Source of the DNA: a bacterium
Lineage (GTDB): Bacteria; UBA8248
Direction of reading: 5' to 3'
Assembly (NCBI GenBank): GCA_965225985.1
Contig: OZ245330.1
Span: 3,612,983 to 3,676,982 of the forward strand
Length of the DNA: 64,000 bases
Made by a program: the position numbers and the translations under genes
Notes under the pieces: generated by a model
Told to the model about the DNA's origin: nothing
Database searches by the model: none
The model's input: the letters and a program-made list of their open reading frames with translations, nothing else
Shown here: one piece after another, positions 21,749 to 31,192 of the stretch
How the letters are laid out: the number at the start of each line of letters is the position of its first letter
How positions within the stretch are numbered: the first letter of the stretch is position 1

Positions 21749-23202
21749 CGCAAGAGCGCCTCTGCCAGGATCGCCTTGAACTGATCGCGCAAGGCCGATG
21801 CTTCGGTCTCGGCGGCAGTCAGTTCCTTCAGCACTTCCTCCGGATCGCCGTGGTCGTCGTCTAGCGTGTGCGGGTTTTTGATGTCGAGGTTGTAGCCGCG
21901 CGCCTTGACCTCGTCGGCCGTCACCTTCCAGGCGCGTTCGGTTTCCTCGCGGCCCCCGCGGTCCGTCCCACCCCACCAGTCGATGCAGCCTTGCAGATGC
22001 TCCAGCCGGATCGGCCTGGTCATGGAGTAGGCCTTCTGACCCTCGGGCACCAAGTGCTCGTAGAACCAGATGTCCCCGGTCGGCTCGCCCTTCTCGAAGA
22101 ACAGCAAATTGGTACCGATGGAAGCGTAGGGCCGAAACACGGAATTGGGTAGCCGCACGATGGTGTGGAGGTTGCATTCCTCCATGAGATGTTCCTTCAG
22201 CCGTGTCTTGACGCCCTCGCCGAACAGCGATCCGTCGGGCAGGACCACGGCAGCGCGCCCGCCCGGCTTCAACAGGCGGATGATGAGAGCAAGGAACAGG
22301 TCCGCCGTTTCCCGCGTGCGGAAATGCTGCGGGAAGTTCGACTCGATGCCATCCTCCTCCTTGCCGCCGAAGGGCGGATTGGTGAGCACGATATCGACAC
22401 GGTCCTTTTGCTCCCAGCCGACATAGGGGCGGGCCAGGGTGTTGTCGTGGCGCACGAAGCTCGGGTCCTCGATGCCATGCAGCAGAATGTTGGTGACGCA
22501 GAGCATGTGGGGAATCTGCTTCTTCTCAACGGCACGTAGCGCTGCCTGCATGATCTGCTCGTCCTCGGGCCGCTTCACATAGCGTTCGCGCATGTGGCGC
22601 AGCGAACAGGTGAGGAAGCCGCCGGTACCGCAGGCGGGGTCGAACAGGATCTCGCCGGGCTTCGGGTCGATACGGTCGGCCATGAAGGCGGTGACGGCGC
22701 GCGGCGTGTAATACTCGCCGGCGTTGCCCGCCGATTGCAGATCGTTGAGAATCTGCTCATAGATATCGCCGAAATGCTGGCGTTCGGACAGGTCGTTGAA
22801 ATCGACCTCGTTGATCTTGTTGACCACTTGGCGCATCAGCTGGCCGGATTTCATGTAGTTATGGGCGTCCTCGAACACGTCGCGGACGACGCGGAGACGG
22901 TCGCCGGGCTGACCGGTCATCGACAAGTTCTTCAGGGTAGGAAACAGGTCGTCATTTACGAAGGCCACCAGTGCATCGCCCGTGATGCCCTCGGGGTCCG
23001 CCGCCCAGGTTCGCCACTGATACGCTTCCGGGATCGGCGAGGCGTAATCGTCGCGCATCAGCACCAGTTCCTGATCCTGATCGTCGATAATCTTGAGGAA
23101 GAACATCCAGCACAATTGACTGATACGCTGGGCGTCGCCGTCGACGCCGGTGTCCTGACGCATGATGTTCTGGATGGATTTGACGAGGGTGCGGACGGAC
23201 AT
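21745..23202 (-). CDS. hsdM: Type I R-M N6-adenine methyltransferase
   Basis: GEYYTPR, DPACGTGGFL, TNPPFGG. Confidence 0.97.
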   Translation of the reverse strand: MSVRTLVKSIQNIMRQDTGVDGDAQRISQLCWMFFLKIIDDQDQELVLMRDDYASPIPEAYQWRTWAADPEGITGDALVAFVNDDLFPTLKNLSMTGQPGDRLRVVRDVFEDAHNYMKSGQLMRQVVNKINEVDFNDLSERQHFGDIYEQILNDLQSAGNAGEYYTPRAVTAFMADRIDPKPGEILFDPACGTGGFLTCSLRHMRERYVKRPEDEQIMQAALRAVEKKQIPHMLCVTNILLHGIEDPSFVRHDNTLARPYVGWEQKDRVDIVLTNPPFGGKEEDGIESNFPQHFRTRETADLFLALIIRLLKPGGRAAVVLPDGSLFGEGVKTRLKEHLMEECNLHTIVRLPNSVFRPYASIGTNLLFFEKGEPTGDIWFYEHLVPEGQKAYSMTRPIRLEHLQGCIDWWGGTDRGGREETERAWKVTADEVKARGYNLDIKNPHTLDDDHGDPEEVLKELTAAETEASALRDQFKAILAEALLR

Positions 23203-23205
23203 GGG

Positions 23206-25656
23206 TCAGGCGGTCTCCTGGTACAGGGCGGATTGAAGTTCGTGGACGGCCCCGACGAAACCGTCGCGCCCGCCGAACGCCCCGATCAGTTGAACCGGGG
23301 TGCCCAGTTCCGTGAAGGGCGAGATGCGCAGGACGGTGGCGTCGTCGAGGTTGAGCACGCCCTCGTCGGCGTATTTGGCCAGCAGGGCATCGAGCACGGT
23401 GCGGGCCTGGTCGCCATACTTGGTGAACACGTCCCGCTTCTTGACCTTTTCGGCCCTCTCGCGCCGGGTCAGCGGCTTCGCGTCAAAGGCGATGTGGCAG
23501 ATCAGGTCGAAGGGGTCGAGGTCCTTGCCCAATTCTCCGGCGATGATGTCGAGAGGCAGACCCTCGGCCGTCAGTTCCTCGACGATGGTCTGTTTGCGCT
23601 CGACAGCCTTCCAACGCTTCAGGAAATCGTCGAGGCTGGCGAAGCGTTTTCGCAGCGCCTTCTTTGTGAAGTCGCGTAGGGATTCGGTGACTAGCTTGCC
23701 GTTCTCGTCGAGATATTCGACCCGCTCGGCGATGATGGTCGCGCCGACGCCGTCTACGTAGACCTTGCGCATGCCGCCACCCTCAAGCGGCAGGGTGATA
23801 TCGGGTGGACTGTCCACGATGGTTTCGTCCTCGCCCGGTTCCGCTGGAATACCATCTTCGTCGTCGTCCATGGGTGGTACGTCGTCGGGCGGCGTGATCG
23901 GATCATCGTCCTCGGGTTGGTAAATCTGCACAGGCTCACCATCGAAATTCGGGTCGGCGAAATGGCTGGTCGCCCCCCGGAAGTCCATCAGGGTGAAATA
24001 GAATTTGCGGGTGTCTTCGTGAACGCGGGTGCCCCGCCCGACGATCTGCTTGAACTCGGTCATGGAACCGACCGCGCGGTCGAGCACGATCAGCCGACAG
24101 GTCTGTGCATCGACGCCGGTCGAAAGCAGCCGCGATGTGGTGACCAGAACCGGGTATTTCGAATAGGGGTCGATGAAGTTGCCGAGTTGCCCCTGTCCTT
24201 CGGTGTCGCTGCCGGTGATGCGCATAACATAGCGGTGGCTCTCGTCCACCAGATCGGCGTTCTCGTTGATCAAGGCTTGGCGCATACGAGCAGCGTGTTC
24301 CTGATCGACGCAGAAGATGATCGCCTTCTGGAAGTGGTCGCCGCTTTCTTTCAGATATTCGGTGACCTTGGCCGCGACGAGTTTGGTTCGGTCGTCCAGC
24401 ACCAGCGTGTGGTCGAAGTCTTTCGTGTTGTAGATCCTGTCCTCGACCTCGTTTCCCTCGCGGTCGAGCTGACCCTTTTCGGAGCGGTAGCCTTCCACGT
24501 CGCGGTCAACGTGAACCTTGATGACCTTGTAGGGAGCCAGGAAACCGTCGCGGATGCCTTGCTTGAGGGAGTAGGAGTAAACCGGCTCGCCGAAGTAATG
24601 GATGTTGGAGACGTATTCGGTTTCCTTGGGCGTTGCGGTGAGGCCGATCTGTGTCGCCGACGAGAAGTAATCCAGGATTTCCCGCCACGCTGAGTCCTCG
24701 GCAGCGCTGCCACGATGGCACTCGTCGATCACGATGAGGTCGAAAAACTCGGGCGAGAACTCCCGGAAGATCTTCTGGCTTTCCTCCGGCCCGGTGATCG
24801 CCTGATAGAGCCCGAGGTAAATCTCGTAAGCGGTGTCGATGCGGCGCTTTCCGTCGATAGTGCTGGTCAGGTCCTCGGAGGAGCCGTCCGCGCGTTCGAT
24901 GGTCTTGGCTTTCGTCGAGAGCTTGGCCATCGCCGATCCGAACGGCCGGAAGTCGTTGACCATGGTCTGGTCGATCAACACGTTGCGGTCGGCCAAGAAC
25001 AGGATGCGCTTCTTGCGGCCCGCCTTCCAAAGGCGCCAGATGATCTGGAACGCGGTGTAGGTCTTGCCGGTACCGGTCGCCATGACCAGCAGGATGCGGT
25101 CGCGGCCCTTGGCGATGGCCTCCATGGTAGCGTTGATGGCGTTGACTTGGTAATAGCGCGGCGCTTTGCCGCTGCCGTCGTCGAAATAGTCCTGAAGAAC
25201 GATCTCCTCAGCTTCCGGCGTCAGGCCTTTCCAGTTGCGAAAGCGCATCCACAGATCGCCGGGTGACGGGAAGTTGTCGAGGCCGAGCGTGGTTTCCCGC
25301 TCGGCGCCCGCGCCCGTCCGGTCGTGGAACACGAAGCCGTCGCCGTTCGACGCGAACACGAAGGGGATGTCCAGAGTCTCGGCATACTCCAACCCCTGCT
25401 GCATGCCGTCGCCACTGGCGTGGGTGTTGTCCTTGGCCTCGATCAGCGCGATGGGGATGTTGGACTTGTAATAGAGGATGTAATCGGCGCGCTTCCCCTT
25501 GCCCCGGCTGACCAGCTTGCCGCGAACGATGATGCGACCCTTGGTGAAGCTGACCTCCTCACGGATTTGCGTCATCTCGTCCCACCCGGCCTTGCGCAGG
25601 GCCGGCGTGATGAACTTGGTGCAGATGTCGCGTTCGCTGAGGCTTTTCTTTTCCAT
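23206..25656 (-). CDS. hsdR: Type I R-M restriction subunit (EcoEI/EcoAI-like)
   Basis: LSERDICTKFITP, ADYIL..IEAK, MATGTGKT, IDECHRG, LTATP, QIVGRGTR; true start MEKKSLSE at 25656. Confidence 0.96.
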   Translation of the reverse strand: MEKKSLSERDICTKFITPALRKAGWDEMTQIREEVSFTKGRIIVRGKLVSRGKGKRADYILYYKSNIPIALIEAKDNTHASGDGMQQGLEYAETLDIPFVFASNGDGFVFHDRTGAGAERETTLGLDNFPSPGDLWMRFRNWKGLTPEAEEIVLQDYFDDGSGKAPRYYQVNAINATMEAIAKGRDRILLVMATGTGKTYTAFQIIWRLWKAGRKKRILFLADRNVLIDQTMVNDFRPFGSAMAKLSTKAKTIERADGSSEDLTSTIDGKRRIDTAYEIYLGLYQAITGPEESQKIFREFSPEFFDLIVIDECHRGSAAEDSAWREILDYFSSATQIGLTATPKETEYVSNIHYFGEPVYSYSLKQGIRDGFLAPYKVIKVHVDRDVEGYRSEKGQLDREGNEVEDRIYNTKDFDHTLVLDDRTKLVAAKVTEYLKESGDHFQKAIIFCVDQEHAARMRQALINENADLVDESHRYVMRITGSDTEGQGQLGNFIDPYSKYPVLVTTSRLLSTGVDAQTCRLIVLDRAVGSMTEFKQIVGRGTRVHEDTRKFYFTLMDFRGATSHFADPNFDGEPVQIYQPEDDDPITPPDDVPPMDDDEDGIPAEPGEDETIVDSPPDITLPLEGGGMRKVYVDGVGATIIAERVEYLDENGKLVTESLRDFTKKALRKRFASLDDFLKRWKAVERKQTIVEELTAEGLPLDIIAGELGKDLDPFDLICHIAFDAKPLTRRERAEKVKKRDVFTKYGDQARTVLDALLAKYADEGVLNLDDATVLRISPFTELGTPVQLIGAFGGRDGFVGAVHELQSALYQETA

Positions 25657-25719
25657 TGCGATCAACGCTCTCTGGTGTCGTTCCGGCTCATGCCTGTTCC
25701 CTCTTCGCGGGCGGTGTTC

Positions 25720-26359
25720 CGTGCTCGTCCATCGTCGGCGGCGACACCGCGCGATCACGCACGCGTCCGACTGATAGGCCGTCGTCCGCGACTTCACGAC
25801 GGCGAACATGGTCAGGTCGCACATTTTGTCGACCTCGTCGAGCACAACCAATGGCGCGCTGTACGACGACCGCCCCGTCTTCATCTCGGGCGACAGGCCG
25901 CGGATGGTGCCGCCACCCGCCAGTTGCGTGGCGAGCGCGCTGTCTCGTTTTGCTCGCCGGGCATCAGCTTCGCCGACTCGTCGACCAAACCGCCGATCTG
26001 GTGAAGCGGCGGCCGGATGCGCCCGATCATGAAATCCCGCAGCAAGATCCGGTCGGGCTCGTAGAACAGCACGTCCTCGCCGTTCGCCTCCATCCAGACG
26101 GCCATCGTGATCGCGAACTCGGATTTCATAAGCTGGGCCGGCACGCACACCGTCACGATCTCGACCCGCCGGTCAGATAATAGCGCCGCCATCGGCCCCA
26201 GGGACATCGGAGCGTTCGCTGAATTCCATGGGCCGGGCCTCGACCCGCCGACCACCCTACTGTATTTTACCGCCACTCCGTCAACGCCAGACGCGGTGCC
26301 GCAGCGGCTTCGAACAGCCCAGCGAGGCCCGCCCATGTCTCGGTGTGGAGTTGGGTCAT
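25720..26359 (-). pseudogene. Terminase large subunit (lambda GpA-like) ATPase-domain remnant
   Basis: VTVCVPAQLMKSE (Walker A-like), VLFYEPD, VVLDEVD (Walker B), SRTTAY; frameshifted and truncated at hsdR; ATG overlaps the upstream stop. Confidence 0.7.
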
Positions 26360-26856
26360 CTCCCCTCTAAGGCCCGCGCAGCAGCTTCAACCGTCGCGCC
26401 AATAGCCGCATCGAATTCAGTAACAACGGCATCGCGGCACCCATCGCAGCACGCGGCCTCAAGCGCCCGCCGCGCACCATCAGCGCCAGTCCGTAACAAC
26501 GCGCCCGCCGAACCGATACGCGACTTCACATCCTCGACCAGAATCGACTTTTTCTCGGCCAGATTATTCAACAGCGTGAGCCTGCGCAGCTCTTGAACTT
26601 TTTTCTCCAGCTCGACCTGTTTGATCTGCGTGTGGACTGGATCGGCCATCGGCAAATCAGCTTGGGCGAGCGCGGCCTCACCGTCCTTTGGCCACAATCC
26701 ATCGGCAACAAGAACATGCCGAATGCGTCCGCTTGCTGAGGTCCGCGTGAATTCGCCCCTCAGCTTCAAGCGGGTGATTGTTGCCGTCGCCACACGTGCT
26801 CGCTGCGCCAATTCGTTAAGCGATATCTGGTCTAGGGCCTCGCGTAAGTCATTCAT
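26356..26856 (-). CDS. Putative terminase small subunit
   Basis: N-terminal HTH-like segment (ISLNELAQRARVATATITR), coiled coil, position between a cos-like site and the terL remnant as for lambda nu1. Confidence 0.55.
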   Translation of the reverse strand: MNDLREALDQISLNELAQRARVATATITRLKLRGEFTRTSASGRIRHVLVADGLWPKDGEAALAQADLPMADPVHTQIKQVELEKKVQELRRLTLLNNLAEKKSILVEDVKSRIGSAGALLRTGADGARRALEAACCDGCRDAVVTEFDAAIGATVEAAARALEGR

Positions 26857-26897
26857 CAGATTAACTAATCACAAAAATCCCGAAAAGTAGAGATGTT

Positions 26898-26945
26898 TTG
26901 CGCTACACCACAACCGCAATGGGTGGGGGTCTTGGCACAGGACCC
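26898..26945 (-). other. Lambda-like cos site (cosQ + cosN)
   Basis: Minus strand reads GGGTCCT, 24 nt, then the 12-mer GTTGTGGTGTAG flanked by inverted TTGCG/CGCAA. Confidence 0.7.
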
Positions 26946-27076
26946 GTGATCATTCGGCTTCCCTAACCTTCTGCCCGGGCGACGACGGCCTGTGCGTAAG
27001 CTGCGGCCCTGGCGTTGTTGACCGACAAGGGCGTCTGCACGCCTGCCCAGGCGCTGGATAAATCAGAGAACACACC

Positions 27077-27533
27077 ATGAAGAAAAGCGTGAAACTGGCA
27101 CTGCGGGCGCGCAAGATTCGCAGCGAGATCAACGGCCTCGACCCCGGCGAGGACACCCCTGCCAAGGGCCCGGGAGCTGCTGGGGCAGCTGGACGCCGTC
27201 GAAATGGAATACCGGGCCGCCCGGACTGCCGAGGCCGAGGAAGAGGTCGAGCGCTGCGTCGCCAACGGGCTCCCTGCCGAGGAACGCGAGCGGCGCGAAC
27301 TGGAGAGCCGGGCGGAAATCCGAAATGCGCTCCATGCCGTGGTGATCGATCGCGCGCTCACCGGTGCAGCCGGGACCAGCAGCATCAAGCGGAGGGTCTC
27401 CGGCGAGGGCATCGGCGAAGAATTCGAAAGCGTTGCCGTGCTCGACCGACGCATTGCCGAGGTCCGGTCGCGGATCGCATGGTTTGAGGCGGCGGCGAAC
27501 GGCAACATCCTTCCCCCGATGGAGACGTGGTAG
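27077..27533 (+). pseudogene. Deletion hybrid: capsid-like coiled-coil N-terminus joined to a gpW-like C-terminus
   Basis: N-terminal coiled coil (RKIRSEIN..LDAVEMEYRAA..EERERRELE); tail LDRRIAEVRSRIAWFEAAANGN matches LDRRVAEVRARIVWFDTAAAGN near 45545-45610. Confidence 0.5.
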
Positions 27534-27552
27534 CGTATATTCCCGCTTAGAA

Positions 27553-27574
27553 TGATGGGCAAATTGATGGGCAA
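27553..27574 (+). repeat. Putative integrase arm-type site (right)
   Basis: TGATGGGCAAATTGATGGGCAA, direct repeat of 14205-14226. Confidence 0.75.
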
Positions 27575-27632
27575 CGCTCAGCGCCTTTCGAAAGCCATTG
27601 GTAATAATAGGTATTGGCGTTTCATAGCCGGA

Positions 27633-27647
27633 CCTCCCCCACCGCCA
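27633..27647 (+). repeat. attR-like copy of a tRNA-Ser 3' end
   Basis: CCTCCCCCACCGCCA vs CCTCTCCCTCCGCCA at 14077-14091 (13/15). Confidence 0.6.
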
Positions 27648-27817
27648 GACAGTCCGGTAAATTTCTACAGGGCGAGACGAGCGCGGGTTTTCCGCTTGTT
27701 TTCAGGGGCTTTTGAAGGAGCAGATACAATGCGAGACGCGAGGGACATGCAGAAACTCCCCGCATTTTCAGATCCGGTCTCTGTTCCTGATTTTCGGGGG
27801 GAGCGTTCGCGGCCCGC

Positions 27818-29379
27818 TCACAGCGCCGCGGCGAGCGCGCGCTGCTCATCCCAATCGGCGGGGAGCGGATGATGGAGGATGTAGTTTGACGTAAGCCCCA
27901 CGGGCTGCCGGCCCTCGAGAGCGGCGCGGACGATGTCGGGCGCCAGGAAGGCATGGCCGATCGCCTTCCGCACGCGGGCCGTTTTGATGCCGTCTTCAGC
28001 CGCGATCTCCTCATAGGTCCTGCCCGCCTTGATCCGATCGAGCCAGGAGAGGGCGCTCGCGATGTTGCAGATGAGCGTGCGGTCGAGGGATTTCGGCGGG
28101 TCGCCCAGCACGAGCTTTGCCTCGACGCCGCGTTTACGCAGGCGGAACGGCGCGTTTACGCGGAGCGCGTCATCGCGGATGCGATCGGGGCAGACGGAAA
28201 GGGCCGCGCCGAGCGCATCTCGGTCGAGCAGGATCGACAGGGCCCCGGGTCCGATATCGATCCGCCGGATAAGGCCGAGCAGGCCGGCTGCAGAGGCGCC
28301 CTCGTTTCCGGCAAACCGCTCCTCGAGGAGGCGCCGCGCCGAGGCGAGCTCTTCCATCTCCGGGTCGCGGGTCAGCGAGGCCGGGAAGGCCGCGGCGCAA
28401 ACATGCCGCCGGATGAGGCGCGCGGCGGTCTCCTCGAGCATCGGCGCGGGAAGCCTCCAGCCGGAGAGATCCTTCTCGCCGCTGTGCTTGATGAGGCGGC
28501 GGGAGACGTAGTAGCGGAACCGCTGCCCGGTCCGCTTTTTGGCGTGGCTCGGCGTCAGCCGGTCGCCAGTCTCATCGAAGAGCTTGCCGACAAGCGGCGA
28601 TCGCGCCGCGCCGCCCTTCGTGGACGCGCGTCCGGTGCCGGATGCGGCCGGCGTAGATAGGATTTGTCAGCAGGTGGTGCAGGTGCCCGCGATGGAACGG
28701 CAGGCCGCCCGTCCGCGTTCCATCCCCGGCGCGGCGCTCCTTCGTGCGGAGGCACAGGCGATCGGCCTCGGACTTCACCTGCCGGATCGTTCCGTGCCGC
28801 CGGTAGAGGGCGTAGAGCGTCCGGACCGTCCCCGCCTCGGCCTCGTTGATGCAGAGCGTGCGCCCGTCCCGGTCATAGCCGAGCGGCACGATGCCGCCCA
28901 TCCAGAGCCCCTTGCGCTTGGAGGCGGCGATCTTGTCCCGGATGCGCTCGGGCCGTCACCTCGCGCTCGAATTGCGCAAAGGAGAGCAGCATATGGAGCG
29001 TCAGCCGCCCCATGCTGGTCGCGGTGTCGAAGGACTGGGTCACCGAGACAAAACCCGCGCCGGCGGCGTCGAGCCGGTCGACGATCTTCGCAAAGCCGGT
29101 GAGGGACCGGGTCAGCCGGTCGAGCTTGTAGACCACGATCCGGTCGATGAGACCGGCATCGACGTCGGCGAGCAGGCGCTGCAGGCCCGGGCGCTCCAGG
29201 GTCCCGCCCGAGATGCCCCCGTCCTCGTAGGCGGCCGGCAGCAGCGCCCAGCCCTCCGCCTTCTGGCTCAAGACATACGCGGCGCAGGCCTCGCGCTGCG
29301 CGTCGAGCGAGTTGAACGCCTGCTCGAGCCCCTCCTCCGAGCTCTTGCGCGTATAGACGGCGCAACGGATTTTTGCCAT
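27818..29379 (-). pseudogene. Large serine recombinase (frameshifted)
   Basis: RCAVYTRKSSEEGL, YEDGGISGG..RPGL, YKLDRLTRS, AQFEREV, MGGIVPLGY, LTNPIYAG, C-terminal AFLAPDIV..LPADWDEQR; several shifts. Confidence 0.9.
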
Positions 29380-29380
29380 G

Positions 29381-29702
29381 TCACGCGCGCCGCCGCGTCA
29401 GACCGAAGAAGCGCGGCCCCGACCAGTTCGCGCCCGTTATCCGCCTGGCGATCGCCGTGAGCGACGGGTAGGTCTTGCCGTCAAAACAATAGCCCCCGTC
29501 GAGCACCTCGACCCGGTAGATCCTGCCGTTCCACTCGCGGACAAGATGCGCCCCGGCGGACACGGGCGATACGCGGGCGGCGCATGAAAGCGCGTGAGAG
29601 CGCGCGCGGCGGAGCAGACCCGAAGGTTTGCTCCCAGGCCCGCTTCAGGCCGGCGCGGTCGAGACCTTCCAGCTCGACGGCATCTACCCGTGTGTCGGTC
29701 AT
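29381..29702 (-). pseudogene. DUF2924 family protein (internally deleted)
   Basis: LKRAWEQTFGSAPP..; GAHLVREWNG..SLTAIARRITGANWSGPRFFGL; usual partner of these recombinases. Confidence 0.8.
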
Positions 29703-30100
29703 TCCGGACTCCCTGCTCATCCGGCGGGCGACAACCCGGCTCTGCCGCCCGCAAAGCCCGGGCCGAGGCAACCTCGGCGGCTGCGCCGCGCCCAGCGGCA
29801 CGATCGCTCTTCCGCGCGCCCAAGTCCAGTCGAAGGCCGAGCGGTTGCGGAGGGGGCAAATGCCCCGTCAAATGGCGAAAATACGCAAATGGGGCATGGC
29901 CGGGAACGGTCTGCCTTCGAGTGCCTGCCAAGGGGGGAAGCTTACGCTCAACGCGGTGGCCCGCCATCTCGGCCCGATCGCGGATGCGGCTGATCTCCAC
30001 TATCGCGAGACGGCGCGCCAGAGGACAGGTGTCCTGTGCGGCTGGCGCCTGGGAAATCAAACTGAAACCAGGAGGGCAATAACGTGCGGGTCAGTTGGCG

Positions 30101-30854
30101 CTATTCGCAAACCACCCCATCACCATCACGATCGCGCATAAAGGTGTGAGCTGGATGGCTGCGCCGGACCGGCGCGATGCCGTGGCGCCTCGCCTCCTTA
30201 CATGTGATCCGCCCATCGCGGTTATCGTCATGCCGTCCGAGCGCGTCGGTGCCCGTGGGCGGATCCTCCCGCGCAGCGGGCAGAGCGGAAGTTCGTGTGC
30301 CGCCGGCGCTGTCAGTGAAGATCATCTTGGTGGAGACGCAACCGGAGAGCTTCCGCTCCAGGGCGTCGGCCTCCCGGCGGTCGATGGTGAGGGCGTATTT
30401 CTGGCGCACATCAACCACTTTTTGGGCGAACCAGCACGAGTTCATCCTCGGCATCCACTCGGCGGCGTCCTTTCCGCTCTTTTCGCCGCGGTTCACCTGT
30501 GCGCTGGCCAGGGTGAGGTTCAGGAGGTCGGAGGCGAAGTGGCGTCGCGGCATCAGCGGCGCAGAGCCCGCTGTCGTGCGCCTCAGAGGTTGCAACGATG
30601 TGCTCGATGTCGGTCTGGCGCGTACTGGAAAATGTGCGCCCAGTGTATGGACCGTAAATTCGGCCCCCGAGGCCAGCGACGATCCGGGCTTCGACCGATT
30701 GGGGATAGGGATAGTCGCGCCTCTTGCTGTAGGCTGAACAGCGATCCTCGGGCGCGACCACGAGGCCGCGCCAGGTGTCAGCGGCCAGAGCCGGAGCGGC
30801 GAGAAGCAGAGCGACTCCCAAAATCCAAATTGATTCCTGAAAAACCCTTCTCAT
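30101..30854 (-). CDS. Secreted HNH/DUF1524-like nuclease with C-terminal Excalibur Ca-binding domain (frameshift near 30545)
   Basis: Signal peptide (..APALA), DIEHIVATSEA, DLLNLTLAS..VNRGEKS, DRDGDGVVCE. Confidence 0.75.
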
Positions 30855-30989
30855 CCTGCCTCCTTCTCTTTCCCGGTTTTCGGCTACGCCTGCCATCCAG
30901 ATTGTCAGGTTCCGGGGCGCCCCGCCGAAGAAATCCGCACCGCCCTTTTAACTTCCATCCTCAGCGCCTAGACTTCAGCGAGCAGATCC

Positions 30990-31079
30990 CGGACTATCCC
31001 CGCGCGTGCGGAGGAATGCGCCGTGGCCTTGGCCGCCGTCACACTAAGGGCGGTTCATCCCCGCGCGTGCGGGGAACGC
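30990..31079 (-). CRISPR. Orphan type I-E mini-array: two repeats, one spacer
   Basis: GCGTTCCCCGCACGCGCGGGGATGAACCG (31051-31079) plus a degenerate copy (30990-31019); 61-bp period; no cas genes in the window. Confidence 0.8.
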
Positions 31080-31192
31080 TCCATATGGGGAATCCCGGAT
31101 AACTTCTCTGTGGATAGGCGCGCCGTATCTTGACACCAAATCTCCTAACAGTTCGGCTACGACAACGGACAAAAGAGGGAGGGGGCACTTCG

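Larger units (their letters stand above)
14077..27647 (+). mobile_element. Integrated phage-satellite (PICI-like) element at tRNA-Ser(TGA)
   Basis: Integrase-alpA-primase-helicase-like core, packaging genes, matching arm repeats at both ends, and a 13/15 copy of the tRNA 3' end at 27633-27647. Confidence 0.8.

Noticed and set aside
20018-22177. 719-aa HsdS
   Set aside because: The upstream part overlaps hsdM in another frame; the true start is 21748.
23206-26148. 980-aa HsdR with a novel N-terminal extension
   Set aside because: The extension is the terminase remnant running in frame into hsdR; HsdR homology begins at MEKKSLSE (25656).
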